The position numbers were made by a program, and so were the translations under genes. The notes beneath the pieces are model-generated. The model did no database searches. It was given only the letters and a program-made list of their open reading frames with translations, and had not been told where the DNA came from. Below, one piece after another: positions 13,245 to 26,966 of a DNA stretch of 64,000 bases; position 1 is the first letter of the stretch, and the number at the start of each line of letters is the position of its first letter. This DNA comes from Octopus vulgaris (lineage: Eukaryota), in assembly GCA_951406725.2 (NCBI GenBank), contig OX597814.1, positions 133,362,001-133,426,000 on the forward strand, read 5' to 3'.

Positions 13245-14155
13245 TCTCTCTCTCTTCTTTGTGTGCATTTTGTGAACGGATGCAAGAAAAAGAAAATTGT
13301 TTCGGTTATTGAGTTATGGTAATGTTTAAGGTAGTTGTTGTATTGTATGAATTCGGTGACTTCTCACCGAGTGTTTGGAAATGTATCGTGATTTTCTAGG
13401 AGTATTTAGCTTTAAAGTTCACGTGGTGAGATAAGTTTATTATATCAACCTTGTTCTTGATGTTGTTTTATACTTTGAATATTTGTACATTTATGCCTCA
13501 TTGTGGGTGTCTGTGATATCTCCTTTGTGTCAGTCGTTTTATCAGGGTTGGTTATGGTTCATTGACTTTTTCTCCATTCATTCGAATGTGAACATTAGGC
13601 ACGATGATGCAGGTGAAATTTAGGATTTTAGTAGCGCTTAGGAGGATTTTCAACGTACATATGTGATATTATGGGATAAACTTATGATGTTCTGTATTTT
13701 ATTATAAATACGAAAGAGTTACGTTTGGGTTTTTTTCTGCTATTGTTATATGCATAGCAAGATTGTTGGTAGACCTTAAAGTTTCAGTAAAATGACAATG
13801 TTAGTACAGATGGCATCCTATATCGTGATTCATTTTATCGACATTTCAGGTATAGATATTACATCTTTGTGAATATAGGGGACACTGTATGATGTATTTT
13901 CTTTCCTATTTCTAAATTCACTATGAAGGTATATGAGATAGATTTGTTTGCACTTTGTAGTAGGCGAGCAATTGTATGAGCATTGACTTGATTGATTTAA
14001 ACCTCTTCCTGTCGTGATTGAACATGTATCACCGAAGCAAAAGCTCATTAAGAATTTTGTTCTCTAAAGAGAAATTTATATAGTCCTAAGTATTATTATT
14101 ATTATTATTATCATCATCATCATCATTATCATCATCATCATTATTATTATCATCA

Positions 14156-14228
<73 letters not shown>

Positions 14229-14417
14229 TAGGACACCAGTTAAACGATGTCTAGTTTAATGTCCTATGTTTCTCATGTACACCCAAAAGTAATTGAAAGT
14301 ATCAATAACCAGTTTTACATATATTTACATAAATCTATATCTATCTATATACATGTGTCTATGTGTGTGTATATGTGTGTATTATACAATTTTATTAAAT
14401 ATTTTATTCACACAGGA

Positions 14418-14480
<63 letters not shown>

Positions 14481-15049
14481 TAGGACACCAGTTAAACGAT
14501 GTCTAGTTTAATGTCCTATGTTTCTCATGTACACCCAAAAGTAATATGTGTGTATTATACAATTTTATTAAATATTTTATACACACAGGATAATTCCATG
14601 GCAAAAATTAGATAATAAATATAAGTAATAATCAGCAATTGCTCAAGAACAATTGAGAGTGTTCGCAGTCAGTGCAAAAGTTGCTAATGCATACCTAGCT
14701 TTGATTCTACACTCTCCTGATCCCAAACAGTTACATTTAGCAACAGAATAGTTATAATCAGCAATATACTGCAACTGCTAGGGAACACTTGAGTGTGTGT
14801 GTAGCCAGTGCAAAAATTGTTTACGCACACCTGGCTTTGATATTGTACTCTCCTGATCCCAAGCAGTTAAATTTGAAATTAAAAATGCAAATAGAATGTG
14901 TACTTATTGAAACTCATCGGTAAACTATTTGTTTTAAATAATTAATCCGCAAATTCCCATATAACAAACAAATGTTACAATATTTATATACTGAACATGT
15001 CCAATTTAATCTTAATATGTAAGATGTATATAGAGGGAGGTTTTTACAT

Positions 15050-15480
15050 TTAGACAACTTCAGTATACAGAACATTTCTAGTTAGTTTCTGTATATCGTG
15101 ATGGTCCCAACGTCTCGGATTTGAATTGTAATTAAGGAACGTATTTTGGTCAAAATAAGTTCTTATCTTATCTGGGTCTCCAACCCTGCAACGCGTAACT
15201 GACTGTGAGTGAAAACTGGATTTGGCAAGTAAATGCCACGTTTTGATAGACTCTGCTCTTGGCTTTTGTTTATGGAAATTGCACAAGCCGGTCTTACTGG
15301 AAGTTGGCGTCACATTAACTCCACGCAATTTTTTTTGCAGTTATTAGATTGCTATTTGCAGTAACAATTTTATACCTTGTGCTGTTACAATGACCGTTTT
15401 TTGTGATCATGATTTCTGAGTAATATTATTGGTGCCCCAATTTTTAATTTAATCTCATGCGGAGGTAGACCACTGATAGA
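15050..15480 (-). pseudogene. Helitron PIF1-family helicase C-terminal remnant
   Basis: SGLPPHEIKLKIGAPIILLRN; RQLPVRPACAISINKSQEQSLSKRGIYLPNPVFTHSQL; TRNVLYTEV. Confidence 0.9.
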
Positions 15481-15851
15481 ATTTCTTCTCTTCTTTTCTG
15501 TGATAAATTCTCTCGGGCTTCGCGATGTTGTTGAGCATCTTGACGTAAAATTTTCTCTCTGCTTTCCTGTGATAAATTCTCTCGGGCTGTGCGATGTTGT
15601 TCAGTATTTTGATGTAAAATTTTTCCTCTTCTTTCCTGTGATATATGTTTTCTTGCTACTCTATGCTGTCAAGAGTCCCATAGTAAAATTTCGGAGCGTC
15701 ATGCTTGGCTCAAGTTAACTCGCGCTTCTCTCCGTCGTGCAGCATTTATGTTTCTTACAGCTTCTCGTCGGTCACTACTCACTCTTCTTTGCTTCTCCAG
15801 TTGACGAGGTCTGGCTGCTTTTATTCTCTGGCTAGCAATAGCAATGCTCAT
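15480..15851 (-). pseudogene. Helitron RepHel N-terminal charged repeats (~69-bp tandem units)
   Basis: MSIAIASQRIKAARPRQLEKQRR...QHRTARENLSQESREKILRQDAQQHREARENLSQ, with internal stops. Fused directly to the helicase C-terminus. Confidence 0.6.
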
Positions 15852-16682
15852 AATGGGATTTTAATAGTTTAAAGAAAAGATAATGTGTGTTTAAGCAGTG
15901 ACTTCCAATTTATCAAAATAAGAGCGTAGCACATTTACGGGGTTTTCAATGCACAATTATTTTGAAACACCACTATACATTCTACTTCGTATCCATTATT
16001 ACAGTATGGATTTTAATGGATAAATATTTATTAAAACATACAGTAATAATAAATTTAAATAGAATTCCCTTCTACACGTCATTTAACTTTCAAACTTTGA
16101 TATCCACGAACCGTTAAAGCGTTCATATCTGTGAACCTCAAAAATCTTTATTACCCATCAACCTATTGCAGAAAATTAAACCTCCTTGTACCCCTACCTT
16201 TATTGTATTTTAAATAGTTATTTTATTTTATCTCTCATCTTCCTCCATATCCTACTAATGGCATTACCCTGCTGTCTTAATAAAATCCAACCACGTTGCC
16301 TGAAATACACTAACACAGGAGGGTATCATTTGAAAGAGATATAGTTGCTATTTGTCGCAAGTCGGGCGACTGCATAGATGATTTGTTGGAGTATTAATTG
16401 CTGAAAGAGCAACAGATAAGATAAAAGAGTCCCTAGTGTCGCCCACAGGTATAATACTACAATCTGAATCTATGTATTTATGTACCAACTTTTCATTTCA
16501 TCTATGTACCTAACGTGTCTCTCACTTTCTCTCTTTCTCTCTCACTTCCTCTATCTTCCTCCTCTCTCCCGCTTTTAATTGAATAATCTGCGTATCTATG
16601 TTTCTATTTTTCTTTGTATGTATCAGTCTACTCTGAAAATACTAATAAAAATTTTTCCACTCTTCCTTTCAGAGACCACTCA

Positions 16683-16737
<55 letters not shown>

Positions 16738-16940
16738 ACTCTATCCCTTTCTCTTCCATTTAAATAAACTTATTTAATCTTAATATATGTGATACCATTC
16801 TTGCAAGTTAACTGCTTGGATTTCTTCCTACGTAATCAACTACTTGAATTTCTTTCTATCTTAATACTGAAGACGAGTGTGACAGACAGACGGACGCAAA
16901 GACAAACAGACGGACGCTCGTTGTAGTATAGTATAGATTA

Positions 16941-17037
<97 letters not shown>

Positions 17038-17038
<1 letters not shown>

Positions 17039-19670
17039 GTCGCTTTACTTCTCGGAACATTCGGTCTTGTTTCTTCTGGTAGAGTCTGTGAGAGCGGACA
17101 GCAGCCTGCTATCACCGGTCTTACAGGGTATCTTTCCGCACATTATAAGCTTCAGTAATTGGTTGTTAATTATCGAGGGATATATTCAACATCCAATCAC
17201 CAATCTCAAAATTCTAGCTGTCCCCAAAAGAGCATTTTGGGGGCTTGCTCTGTTCTCATGTCAATTCCGATTTCTTTGATATATTTCTCGAATTTAGTTG
17301 TTAGTGCTCCGAGTACCCTTAAAACTATTAGAATGACAGACACCCTTCTCATAGCCCATATTCTTGCAATTTCGCCTGTAAGTAGTCTCTACTTTTCAAT
17401 CTTTTCCAGTTCTTTGTCACTTAAGCACGCATCACCAAGTATTTCAATATCTATGATCTTGGTTCTTTTTTCTCCTTTATCTACCTCAACAATATCTGAT
17501 TCCTGAGCATCGATTAGAGAGTGACATTGGATTGTAAAATCTCACAGTATCTTATGTTCCTTGTTCTCGTTGACACCTTCTGGTTCATGCTCGTACTATT
17601 TCTATGCTCTGTTCAGGTCGTACTTTTCATATTGCCTCCAGTAAACGAACTAAGCCATGTTACTGTGCCTCCTGTAGGTAGTGCTTTTGGGCCAGCTTGC
17701 TACACTCACTCACAATATGTGAGATTGTTTCGTTTCTGCTACTACACATCCTACAAAAGAACGATACTTTACTCTTATCTATTTGGAACTTGGTGTAATC
17801 AGTTCTTAGAGTTTGTTTCTGGGCGCTGTTTATCAATGCCTCAGTGCATCCTTTCAGATCATGTCCTCTTAGCCATCTCCAAGTGTTGATCTTGTTTCCT
17901 CCTTCGATTTTCTGAGGTATTGCTCATGCAGTGGTTTCATTTTCCAGTTGTTTGCTCTTTCTTCTTCATCTTGTTTCTTAAATGTTCGAGGGTGCATCAT
18001 ATTTTCGGCAGCTATTATATTGTTAATTCTAACAGCGGCACGCAAGGTTTCACTCTACTGTTTGATGTACCGTCCCAAACTGTTCTTGTTGAAAACGCAG
18101 ATCTTGCATCCTTTGAGACCTGTTCCACTCATGTTACTAAACACATACAGTCTGTCATTATCGCTTTGGGGGGTGTAGTTCCTTGTCATCACTTTTCTAG
18201 TTTTCCTATTCATTTCCTCAAGCTCATTCTTTGTCCCCCTAGCAACACCTACGCCGTATCACATTAAGAAAAAAGCCAGTGTTCATTGCCCTGGGTTTTT
18301 TTTTTACTTTTTTTGCTGTTGAGTCTAATTCCCATAATTAACCGGATTCTTCTAGGATGTTCTCACTTAAAGCTTTCTTTCATTTCACTTACCTTGATTT
18401 TGTCGTCGTATTCTAAAATCCCCAGATATTTATATCCATTAGTCTCAATATCCTCGATTTTCTTACCGTTGGGTAGCTCTACACCATCAGAAAACACTAT
18501 GATGCCTCTTTGTATCATAAGTATACCACACATTTTAGTCCCAAACTCCTTTGCGATATCCTTACTGAAAATCTACACTGTTGAGACTAGGCCATTTATT
18601 TCGCCTTCGGTCTTTCCAAAGATCTTTAAATCATCAATATATAACAGATAATTTAAATTTTCCTCCACTTTCCAAGGTGTACCCCCCAGTGTCACTTTCC
18701 GTAGTATCTGTATGAGGAGTATCACACAAATCACAAACAGCAATGGGACAGGCTATCTCCTAGAAATATACCGATTTTGATGGTAACCCTCGCCAAAATC
18801 TGTATTCCAGATTTTCATTCCTAATAAAATTTGTTATTTTATTAGACACTTGTATCAGGAATAGACCTTCAGGAGTAAAATCCAGGAGTGATCTGCGCCG
18901 CGTCCCGATGAGTACACTTTCTGATCAGTACCATTCTGATCAATCAGAAATTAGTTTTTGTCCCTCGTTTTCCTTCTGCACCTTTCTGTTCCTCTGGTAG
19001 TTTGTCATTAGTAAGTCTTTGCTTTGACAGTCTGGTTCAGCCTTACCATTGTTTTACCTATGTCATTTTGGATTTGTAATCATTCGATCCATTTGCGTGG
19101 CTATTTTTTGTCTGAGAGATTTTTCGCAATATTTTCCTTCTGCATCTTCAGTTCAGAATCTGTTCCACCTGGTATTGTTTTTCACTTCATATTCTGATTC
19201 CATCAGTTTAATCTTTGTTATTTATCTTCAATTATCCCAGATATTATTTCTTTTGATTTTATCATTGTTCCACATCAGGGGCATATATCATGATCTTTGT
19301 CGCTTTAGCCTGCAAACTTTGTTTCGGCTCTTAAAGAACTACATTTAGCCTCTTATTCTTTATCCTATATCTATGTTCTATTTCCTGATATTTCTCCTCT
19401 CTCTTGATTTCATTTTTTCTTTCTTTCCAAGATATGTTTTCGTGGTTCGTTCATTGATTGTTTTATTCTTCTTTTCCACCAAGGTTCTTTTTCTTCATTC
19501 CCACTGTTATGTTTCGGTCCTGGGCATCTTCAGTTCAGGATCTTTGTTGTCTGTTCGGTTACCATTTCAGTTGTTATTTTTTGTCTGATTTCTTCCAGTA
19601 TTTCATTCATCTTAAGGCTTCCATCAACGCGTTTATCTAACTACTTTCCTGAATCCATTTAATATTCTTC

Positions 19671-19672
<2 letters not shown>
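17038..19672 (-). mobile_element. Decayed R4/Dong-clade LINE (family A)
   Basis: Minus strand gives IFLGDSLS (~18750), NYLLYIDDL (~18630-18655) and RLE-like SDIVEVDKGEKRTKIIDIEI...EKIEK. 3' end abuts (TAA)n at 16942-17037. Confidence 0.8.
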
Positions 19673-19715
<43 letters not shown>

Positions 19716-19719
<4 letters not shown>

Positions 19720-20270
19720 TAGTTTTATTTTTATTTTTATAGCGTGCTTTCATCACTATCATGAGCGCAGCTTGTAGCCTGCATGTGCTGTGATTTGTTG
19801 TGATGCTCTGATGGTTATTGTATGGAAAGTGTTCTGCGTAGGATTTAGCAGTGCTCTAGTAGTGCAATTTTCTGTATGTTATCTATGTGTCTATTAAGTC
19901 CTGGTGTTTTTGTTTGTATTTGTCTGAATATTTTTTTATCATTAATGCACCTACTATGATAGGAATTGTTTCTGTTTTCAGATTCCACATTCTATTCTTC
20001 TATTTCCAGGTGTTTGTATTTTGAGAGTTTCTCCATTTCTTTTAGAGACACGTTGTCATCTGCCGGTATTGATACATCAATTAAAAAGCATTTTTTTCTT
20101 CATGATCTCTGACAACTATATCTGGTCTGTTGGCCTTAATTTCTCTATCTGTGTGTATCGGCATATCCCAGAGTATGGTTGCTTTCTCGTTTTCTGTGAC
20201 CTTTTCTGGTGTGTGCCTAACCATCTTTTTTCTGTTGTTATTCCATAATGTTGGCATAGCTTCCAATGTA
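19716..20270 (-). mobile_element. 5'-truncated copy of R4/Dong family B
   Basis: Reverse complement closely matches 26240-26790 (ILWDMPIHTDREIKANRPDIVV). (TAA)n tail. Confidence 0.9.
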
Positions 20271-20304
20271 TGTAACTATTTCCTGAACCCATTTAATATT
20301 CTTC

Positions 20305-20395
<91 letters not shown>

Positions 20396-20417
20396 TGTTG
20401 TTGTTGTTGTTGTTGTT

Positions 20418-20448
<31 letters not shown>

Positions 20449-21499
20449 TTATTATTATTATCAATACAGTTGTTGGTGGCAACAAATATCATCCTGATGT
20501 CAATGACAAACAAATACACCAATTAAAAGAAATTTGGGTGTCTAGTAAAAATCTGTAAACAAAGTGTTGTGTTACAGGATCCTCGAACATTTATGGAAAA
20601 GATTGTTAGATGAACAATAGTTTACAAATGTGTGTCGATCAAAAACCAACAAGCAGAAATGGCCACGCTCAAATGGATAAATGCACGTAGGAAATATGTT
20701 TGCGGAGCTAAAGGCGGACTCTCATCTTGGGCACAAATTGTTAGGTCGCCAATGCTAACATTAAATGCCACATCTTCCACTATTATCATTTACATCCCAA
20801 CAGGTGAAGGTGAGAGTTTTCTTCAACTATCTAAGGTATTTCATGACAATTTCCCGTTCTTGTGCGTTTGTGGTTGCTTGGAATGGCATCTTGGATTCAG
20901 AGCCGAAATTTGTCGGCTTAACCGATATAGAAGGATATTTACAAATATTTCACAAACTAACTCAAATGTCTACTCCATGATATGTACCCCTGTATTTCTT
21001 GAACATACCATTGTTGACATTAACAAACCGCATTGGGTGATGCATATCGTATCTACAGAGAGTATTATGTAGAGCAGTAGATAGCGAAAGCAAAGCTGTC
21101 CTCATTTCAATATCATAAACTACACAGACTGCAAGTTTGTGATCTGCACTGTCGGCTTAAATAGGCTTATGGAGAGGGGATTGTTTACTGATCTTAGTTT
21201 AAGGAAACAAGGAAAACAATACAAAACGGTAAAAACGAACATATGACGAGTAAGTCTGGGGTTGTATGAAGGAAGGTAAATAATAGCAAAAATTTCAAAA
21301 ATATTTTACAAGAAAGGAGGAAACCTCAGCGTGGTTCTCGTGGAAACATTACAAATCACACAGGTATTTTGATCACTAAGACACATAACTTCTCTTAGTC
21401 GTCTCTGAGAATTTAGGGAATGTAAAGAATGTAAAACTTGAAGAAATGTCTCTAAACATTTTGTCAGATTTATATATCTGTAGTGTTTTATTATTTGTT

Positions 21500-22330
21500 C
21501 TTCATGTAGTATTAGTGTTTCAAACCGTTAGATATTTTGTCCACCGCAATATCTCAAAAACCATCCTTTTATTACATAACATGGAGTTCTCCGGAAGGTG
21601 CGATTCTATCGTGTCCTGGTACTTTCCGTTTCATATTTTATTATTATTTTTTTATATTCATTTTCTGCTGTGTTTGCACTAATTCGTTTGTTGGCCTTCC
21701 CTCAAGATTATTCTGATGCTCTGTTGTTTTGAACACTCTCGTGTATGATGATTTCTTTGCTGTCTTTACCACCCACAGCAAAAAGTTTTGTTTTTGCGTT
21801 ACTTTACTTTTATTTTTACCAAGTTCTTGAACTATTAGTTTGAGTTCGTGTCGAAAGTGTGTATCTCCTGAAGGAATCGTTGTCGATTTTCATACCAACA
21901 GATTTCTTTGCGATTTAACGATCTCATGTTTCAAGTAATCTTTTATTACTGATACTTCGTTTCTTTTTGTTTGTTTCATTGGGGTGGGTTTGTTTTTATG
22001 ATTCTATGGCATTTATCTGTTCTCTAATCAGTTATGACGTTGCGTTATTGATTTTACGAGGGATTGAGAACTATTCAATCTTCCATCTTTTTTCTATACA
22101 TTCGTTTTCCACGTTCGTTGTTTACTGGGGTTTGATATTACTTTGCTATCAGATGTCAGAGAGTATCCACTTTTCTTTGTAACTATTGTGATTGCTGTAT
22201 ATTTTATTTCGATGAGCCTGGTGGTATTGATGCTTGTGTTTCTTTCGCAAAAATCGGTGATGGCGAAGTTCTAGTTCATTTTTTTCATTTTCGCTGATAT
22301 ATTATTAGAGATCTCATCTCTGGAGATTGT
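21500..22330 (-). mobile_element. Very old Dong-like LINE remnant
   Basis: VPGHDRI (KAPGxD motif) near 21600-21622; A-rich minus strand like the other Dong copies. Confidence 0.35.
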
Positions 22331-22369
22331 TTTCATTAGTCCACAAGAATATCTTTTATTATTTGTAGC

Positions 22370-22490
22370 TATTTCCGCTATTTACGTTTTGAGTTCAAAT
22401 TCCGCCGAAGTCGACTTTGCCTTTCAACCTTTAGAGTTTGACTAAATAAATACCAGGGTCGAAGTTATCGACTTTCTCCTTCACAGTCTA
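22370..22490 (+). mobile_element. Partial SINE family B
   Basis: gagttcaaattccgccgaagtcgactttgcctttc matches 53047-53272. Confidence 0.75.
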
Positions 22491-22491
22491 G

Positions 22492-22533
<42 letters not shown>

Positions 22534-22541
22534 TAATAATG

Positions 22542-22624
<83 letters not shown>

Positions 22625-22625
<1 letters not shown>

Positions 22626-22675
22626 GAACACCGGGGACGGAGAGAACACCGGGGACGGAGAGAACACCGGGGACG
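22625..22675 (+). repeat. 18-bp GC-rich tandem repeat (x2.8) at the Dong 5' end
   Basis: agaacaccggggacggag repeated. Confidence 0.95.
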
Positions 22676-25600
22676 TTTAAGATGTGAGAACGATAAAACA
22701 GTGCTCCGAAATCTATCCACAAACATCGAAAACAAAGACATCGCATGGAGCCAAGAAATTACTAACAAAGGATTGGACTGTATCCGCGTAACTAATACTC
22801 ATTGAAATTTATTACTATTTTCGAAACGAAATGATGTATTTTGACTCGATATCATCTCCACCTCTAACACAACACATGTAAACATGCGTGGTACATTACG
22901 ATCCATCAACACCAGATCATCCCCGACCCCAAACACCATGTACAAAAAAACTACGGAGAAATTAAATAACACCGATATTATTCAACCCAAGAATAACAAT
23001 CGGGAAGTACGTACTTTAAACTTACAACACAAAATGTACGAAAAACTACACGTGCAAAATAATGTGACAACAGAAATGAATGCACCGGTACCCTACGAAA
23101 ATGACGACCGTCAAAATAATGGGCCGGACGTTGTTCCTCATGTCCCGCAAATAAAACCCAAAAGACATAAATGGACACGTGAGGAATACATTTCTATCCT
23201 ACACGCTTACTTCACAGCAGTGCTCTACCCAAAAAATGAAAACACAACAACACATACATATAAAATATGGAAGGAAAATAACATAAATATAGACTTGGAT
23301 ACAGCAATGAACCCTAATAAACTAGCTAACGTACGAAGATACATTCTCAACGCACAAAAATATCAGAAATAGAAATAGAACATCTAAAAGAAAAAATGCA
23401 TCAGGAAAATGTAGATAGAAGCCACACAACAATGCCCAATAATATAAACACTGAAACAGTAAAACACGAAGACAAACGTAACGTTCCCAACAAACACGAT
23501 GTAAACAAAAACAACAAACCCAGACCGTAAGGATGCATAATAATACAAGACAAAAAAACATACGAACGTGGAAAAAAGCGACACAAATCTAAAACCTGGA
23601 AACAACGAAGGGGTGCCTAATGATTATGATAATATAAAAAGTAGAATAATCAAAGAACTGAAAACCACAGAGCTCAAAATGGACCACCGACCATACCTCT
23701 CCCAAAATCAAAATAGACGAAACAACAACACCAATTATAAACAGCATAAACCTAGCCGTCACGGAACTAATAGCCACTGAAACAAAAAGCGATATCAGTG
23801 AGCTAAATGACTTAGTATACGCAGCAGCCACTGCAGCCACAAAAGAAGATGGATACTCACTCAAACCCATCCAAACAGTAGTACCACCACCCAAACAAAC
23901 CCTGTGGATAAATAATATCTAAAACAAAACACAAAAATGAGAAAAGATCTGTCGATTCTTAATGAAATCAGTAGACAATCAACGCTACTGAGCAACAAAA
24001 AGAAAACAAAAATACTCCGCAAATACAACATCACAGAAAAAGATTTACCTGAGATAAAAGAAAATCTAAAGCAAGATATCCTTGCCAAAGCACAAAGGAT
24101 CCGCCGGTACGAGAATCGCCAGCGCTTCTTTGAACAAAACAAAAAGTTCAACTCCAATCCCAAAAAGTTCTACCAAGAACTTGGCAAAAATAAAATAGAA
24201 ATCATTGCAGCACCAACGGCAGAAGAAGTGGAAGAATTCTGGAGAGAAATATGGTCGGCGAACGAACAACCAAAAAAAAGGAGTATTAAAACAACAAACT
24301 CAGCATCTGAGCAACTTTGGACCCCCATAACAACAGAAGAGGCCACCCAGGCACTGCAAAGTCTAAGCAACTGGAAGGCACCTGGGCATGACAAGATCCC
24401 CAACTTCTGGTTGAAATATCTAACAGGAATACACAAAAAGCTGGCTGAAAACTTTAACAACATACTAGCAGAGCCAGAGACAATGCCTGAATGGCTCACG
24501 AAGGGGAAAACCATCCTAATTCCCAAATCAAATGAGACAGCAAAACCAGAAAACTACAGACCAATAACCTATCTCCCTACAATGTACAAGGCATTTACTG
24601 CAGTGATATCGTAAAGGTTGAACAAGCACCTGGACGAAAACAACCTGTTTCCAGAAGAGCAGAAAGGATGTCGCAAAGGCTCATATTGCTGTAAAGATCA
24701 ACTAAGGATTAATAAAGTCATAACTGAAGACAGCCACAGAAAGAAGAAAGGCCTCAGTATGGCCTGGATCGACTACAAAAAGGTGTTTGATAGCATCCCC
24801 CACACATGGATCCTCGAAACACTAGCCATTAACAAAGTAGCACCAACAATTATAAATTCATAGGACACTCTATGAATAAATGGCAAACAGTGCTATAGCT
24901 ACAAAGAAAAGAGAGACTCATGAAAACCAAAGCCACCCCCATTAGAAGAGGAATATTCCAGGGAGACACGCTCTCTCCACTCCTTTTCTGCTTGGCACTG
25001 TCACCTCTATCTGATATGCTAAATAGAACTGGATGCGGATATAAATGTTACGGCAAAACGATCAGCCACCTTTTATATATGGATGACCTAAAACTATACG
25101 CTGCAAATGACAAACAGCTGGAAACTCTATTAAAGACAGTTCATGGATTTACCAAAGAAATAGATATGAAATTTGGATTAGAAAAATGCACCAAAGTAAC
25201 CATGAAAAGAGGAAAACTAGTTAAGAGTAGCAACATCACACTAGATAAAACCAATGAAATAAAAGAATTAGACCAAAGCCAAACTTACAAATACTTTGGA
25301 ATCCATGAACTAGATAAGACACAAAACACACAAATGAAAGAGAAAAAAAAAAGAATATTATAGACGAGTTAGATCAATACTAAAAACAGAGCTCAATGCT
25401 GTCCCAGTTATAAGTTACAGCTACAATATCCTTAACTGGACACTAAATGTACTGTCCAAAATAGATAGGAAAACAATAAAAATAATGACAGGATCTAGGA
25501 TGCATCACCCAAAATCTGACATAGAAAGACTATATATACAACGTATAGAAGGTGGTAGAGGCCTTATACAGCTGGAAAACTACTATAGAATAACCACCAT

Positions 25601-25739
25601 AGGACTGCAAAAATATCTACTTCAGAAGGAAGGAAAACTGATACAAATAGCGGGAGAACACGAGCAAAACAAAAAACTATTCTCAGTATTTAAGGAAGCT
25701 GACAAATACAAACAAGAAATCATACCACCTAATAAATAT

Positions 25740-25863
25740 GAAGAAGAAGAAGAAGAAGAAGAAGAAGAAGAAGAAGAAGAAGAAGAAGAAGAAGAAGAAG
25801 AAGAAGAAGAAGAAGAAGAAGAAGAAGAAGAAGAAAGAAGAAGAAGAAGAAGAAGAAGAAGAA
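25740..25863 (+). repeat. (GAA)n expansion inside the Dong ORF
   Basis: About 40 GAA units with one extra A that shifts the frame. Confidence 0.95.
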
Positions 25864-26790
25864 ATAACAAAAGCTATAAAACAAATGAAATCCAAACTAA
25901 AACTAGAACAGCAAAGAACCATTATAAAACGATGGCAAGAAAAGCCCCTTCATAGTAAATACTGGACTAAACTAAATGCAAAAGAAATAGACAAAGAAAA
26001 ATCCCAGCAATGGTTGAGAAGCTCAGGACTCAAAGCAGAGACAGAGGGATTTTTAATTGCAGCACAAGACCAAAGCCTCCCCACCAGAAATTACCAAAAA
26101 CATGTAATGAAAAGAAATATAACAAGTAACTGCAGAATATGTGGAGATGGACAAGAAACAATAAATCATATTATCTCTGGCTGCCCAATCCTGGCTAAGA
26201 AGGAATATATTCACAGACATGACAGAGTTGGAACCTACGTACACTGGAAGCTATGCCAACATTATGGAATAACAACAGAAAAAAGATGGTTAGGCACACA
26301 CCAGAAAAGGTCACAGAAAACTAGAAACCAACCATACTCTGGGATATGCCGATACACACAGATAGAGAAATTAAGGCCAACAGACCAGATATAGTTGTCA
26401 GAGATCATGAAGGAAAAAATGCTTTCTAATTGATGTATCAATACCGGCAGATGACAACGTGTCTCTAAAAGAAATGGAGAAACTTTCAAAATACAAAGAC
26501 CTGGAAATAGAGGTAACCAGAATGTGGAATCTAAAATCAGAAACAATTCCTATTATAGTAGGTGCATTAGGCATGATAAAAAAATATTCAGACAAATACA
26601 TAACAAAAACACCAGGACTTACAAACACATATAACATACAGAAAATTGCACTACTAGGCACTGCACACATCCTACAGCTTTCCATACAATAACCATCAGA
26701 GCATCACAACAAATCACAGCACATACCCAAGGCACACAGAGCTGCGCTCGGTAGTGAAGTGAAAGCACGATATAAAAATTATAACTACTC

Positions 26791-26864
<74 letters not shown>

Positions 26865-26966
26865 AATTATTGTATACAGTGCTCAGGTGCACCACAACTT
26901 GTCATATATTCATATATTATTGTTGGTTCCTTTTTAGCAATTGTATGTGTTAGTTTTATTTCTTAA

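Larger units (their letters stand above)
14228..16937 (-). mobile_element. Internally deleted Helitron with both termini
   Basis: 5' end A|TCTATACTATAC...CGTCTGTCTGTC at 16937. 3' ends ...gtttaactggtgtcCTAG|T at 14480 and again at 14228. RepHel remnants inside; flanked by (TAA)n. Confidence 0.85.
22624..26790 (+). mobile_element. Near full-length R4/Dong-clade non-LTR retrotransposon (RT + CCHC + restriction-like endonuclease), disabled
   Basis: Motifs NWKAPGHD, NYRPITYLPTMYK, EEQKGC, WIDYKKVFDSIPH, GIFQGDTLSPLLF, HLLYMDDLKL, CRICGDGQETINHIISGC, RHD, RPDIVV and EKLSKY. Several stops and frameshifts. (TAA)n on both sides. Confidence 0.93.

Noticed and set aside
20632-21072. 146-aa ORF as a host gene
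   Set aside because: GTG start, no recognisable domain or splice signals; lies among LINE debris.
23937-26692. Active LINE or domesticated RT gene
   Set aside because: Multiple in-frame stops and frameshifts fragment the ORF.
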